Source: Paramoeba atlantica
Taxonomy: Eukaryota > Protista > Discosea
Direction: 5' to 3'
NCBI GenBank assembly: GCA_977017575.1
Contig: CDRNVI010000003.1
Span: 558,001 to 622,000 of the forward strand
DNA: 64,000 bases
Shown here: piece by piece, positions 62,723 through 64,000 of the stretch
Position numbering within the stretch: the first letter of the stretch is position 1
Layout: each line of letters begins with the position of its first letter
The notes under the pieces: model-generated
What the model saw: only the letters and a program-made list of their open reading frames with translations
Databases searched by the model: none
What the model was told of the DNA's origin: nothing
Program-made: the position numbers and the translations under genes

Positions 62723-64000
62723 TTACACCGAATCCCCATTTCCCGCTGATCCTAACTGTTCCAAATTGTCAAGATACCCGAGTTTGTCGTAGTTCCCCCG
62801 TAACAGCATAGAGTTTTGTACTGTTTGAGTGCCCATGGATGATTGACGGGAGTTGTACTTGGTGTTCATAACCGACATCCAAGAATCACATTTCGTCACT
62901 AAAGGGGGTACCCATAAATAATGTATCGCCGCTTGATGTATACCTGGGTATTTGTAGACTCCAACTGTTTGCCACCAATGCAATTCGCACTTGTGCACTC
63001 GCGAATCCCATTCGTAGTCGACGCAATTCACATATTCATTCCATTCATTTTCCGTAATTTGAAAAATGGGAGAACCGCCTCGAAAAAGGTCGTTAGCACG
63101 ACTGAAATGAATTGGTTCGAGACCGGCTTTCCGGGCGCGTAGTGCAATGAAATCCGGTGCAAACCACATGACGTCTTCCCAATATTTCATATTGTGATGA
63201 ACTGAAAGTCGATTTATGTGATGCTTGAGGGCACATTCAAAAGCTTCACTGCAGCTTCCCACCCGACTAGCCTTCCGTAATCTTTCTAAAGTTGGCCAAA
63301 CTCCCGTTGCTAAAGGCGTACCGTCTAAATCCGAAAATTTTTGTAACGCTTTCTGGATAGGAGCTAGTTCTTCAAGAAAATATTTTGCGGAAGTCGCCAG
63401 GTTATCTACCCCTTCCCGAGCAATAAGATCCGCACACTTACGTACAGACTGACAAACTCGGGGGTTTTCCAGTTCTTGCTTCAGGAACGCGACAACAGTA
63501 GGTAACTGAGTAGAAAAGAAGGAAATGCTGCTGAACTTATCATGGCACCAGCGAGTAACTCCCCCTAACTTAGGAGCCGTAATGCCGTGTACATCCTTTG
63601 CTCTACGAACAGCTTCAATTACTTGAGGTCCATACAATGAAAGTGCGTTACGACAGCGAGGAATATTTTCATGCTGAGCGTTCAGTTCCGCCAAAATTAT
63701 ATCAGCTTCATCGGGCGCATATTGTTTCAAAATTTGTACGCTGCTGCGAAGCTGACACACCAGCTCTGTCTGATATTCATCGTCCAGTTTATTGCTAGAC
63801 AGCCCCCCATACCATTGAGTGAAAAATTGTTCCGCTTTGTTAGTTTCTTCGTCGAAAGATCCAAGAAGAACGTCTAGGGCCACACCACGATACCGCCCCT
63901 TCTTCGTACAGATCTTGTCATGTCCATAAAATGTTTGTCTGAAGAGCTTTTTAAGTTCAAAAAGGGGTGTTTCCTGAAAGGGTTTCATCGCATCCATCGC
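62723..64000 (-). CDS. hAT-transposase-related protein (probably 5'-truncated by the window edge)
   Basis: GVTRW, LHWWQ...YPGIHQAAIHYLWVPP...MSVMNTKYNSRQSSM...QNSMLLRGN resemble the hAT C-terminal dimerisation region; frame is open to base 64000. Confidence 0.65.
   Translation of the reverse strand, partial: AMDAMKPFQETPLFELKKLFRQTFYGHDKICTKKGRYRGVALDVLLGSFDEETNKAEQFFTQWYGGLSSNKLDDEYQTELVCQLRSSVQILKQYAPDEADIILAELNAQHENIPRCRNALSLYGPQVIEAVRRAKDVHGITAPKLGGVTRWCHDKFSSISFFSTQLPTVVAFLKQELENPRVCQSVRKCADLIAREGVDNLATSAKYFLEELAPIQKALQKFSDLDGTPLATGVWPTLERLRKASRVGSCSEAFECALKHHINRLSVHHNMKYWEDVMWFAPDFIALRARKAGLEPIHFSRANDLFRGGSPIFQITENEWNEYVNCVDYEWDSRVHKCELHWWQTVGVYKYPGIHQAAIHYLWVPPLVTKCDSWMSVMNTKYNSRQSSMGTQTVQNSMLLRGNYDKLGYLDNLEQLGSAGNGDSV

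Noticed and set aside
1-64000. Spliced-leader RNA, tRNA, rRNA or telomeric (TTAGGG)n arrays
   Set aside because: No AACTAACGCT.../CAGTTTCTGTA SL signature, cloverleaf or telomere tract seen by eye; only isolated hexamers. A tRNAscan/Infernal run could still find small RNAs.
1-64000. Bacterial origin of the whole window (prompted by the IS30)
   Set aside because: Nup107, E2, RAD1 and eukaryotic transposon families show the backbone is eukaryotic.

Overview
Eukaryotic, intron-less DNA that looks like a kinetoplastid, most like Perkinsela/Prokinetoplastina. This is inferred from the gene set: a kinetoplast-associated-protein-like gene, mitochondrial-type proteins and a short LRR family. All ~20 host-type genes lie on the minus strand, as in a directional polycistronic cluster. 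They include EndoG, a HAD 5'-nucleotidase, a UBC4-like E2, Nup107, mL44-like, RAD1 and two RanBP2-zinc-finger array proteins with 10 and 36 fingers. The intergenic DNA and nearly all of 41.3-64 kb is a graveyard of mobile elements: pogo, Tc1/IS630, Merlin, hAT, CRE/SLACS-like non-LTR pieces and VIPER/TATE/DIRS-like RNase H and tyrosine-recombinase pieces. Main discoveries: (1) two type-P5 twister ribozyme-like sequences (41.72 kb near-intact, 13.29 kb with a 6-nt deletion); the first sits just upstream of a 22-unit mosaic array of UUCG hairpins; (2) an intact bacterial-type IS30 element with TIRs and extra subterminal repeats, nested in a host MITE; (3) a family of covarying stem-bulge-stem modules and a three-way-junction domain associated with the retroelement remnants; (4) a 36-finger RanBP2 array protein; (5) a gene-internal C-to-G skew switch in several genes. 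All calls are by-eye motif recognition; no searches or folding programs were run.
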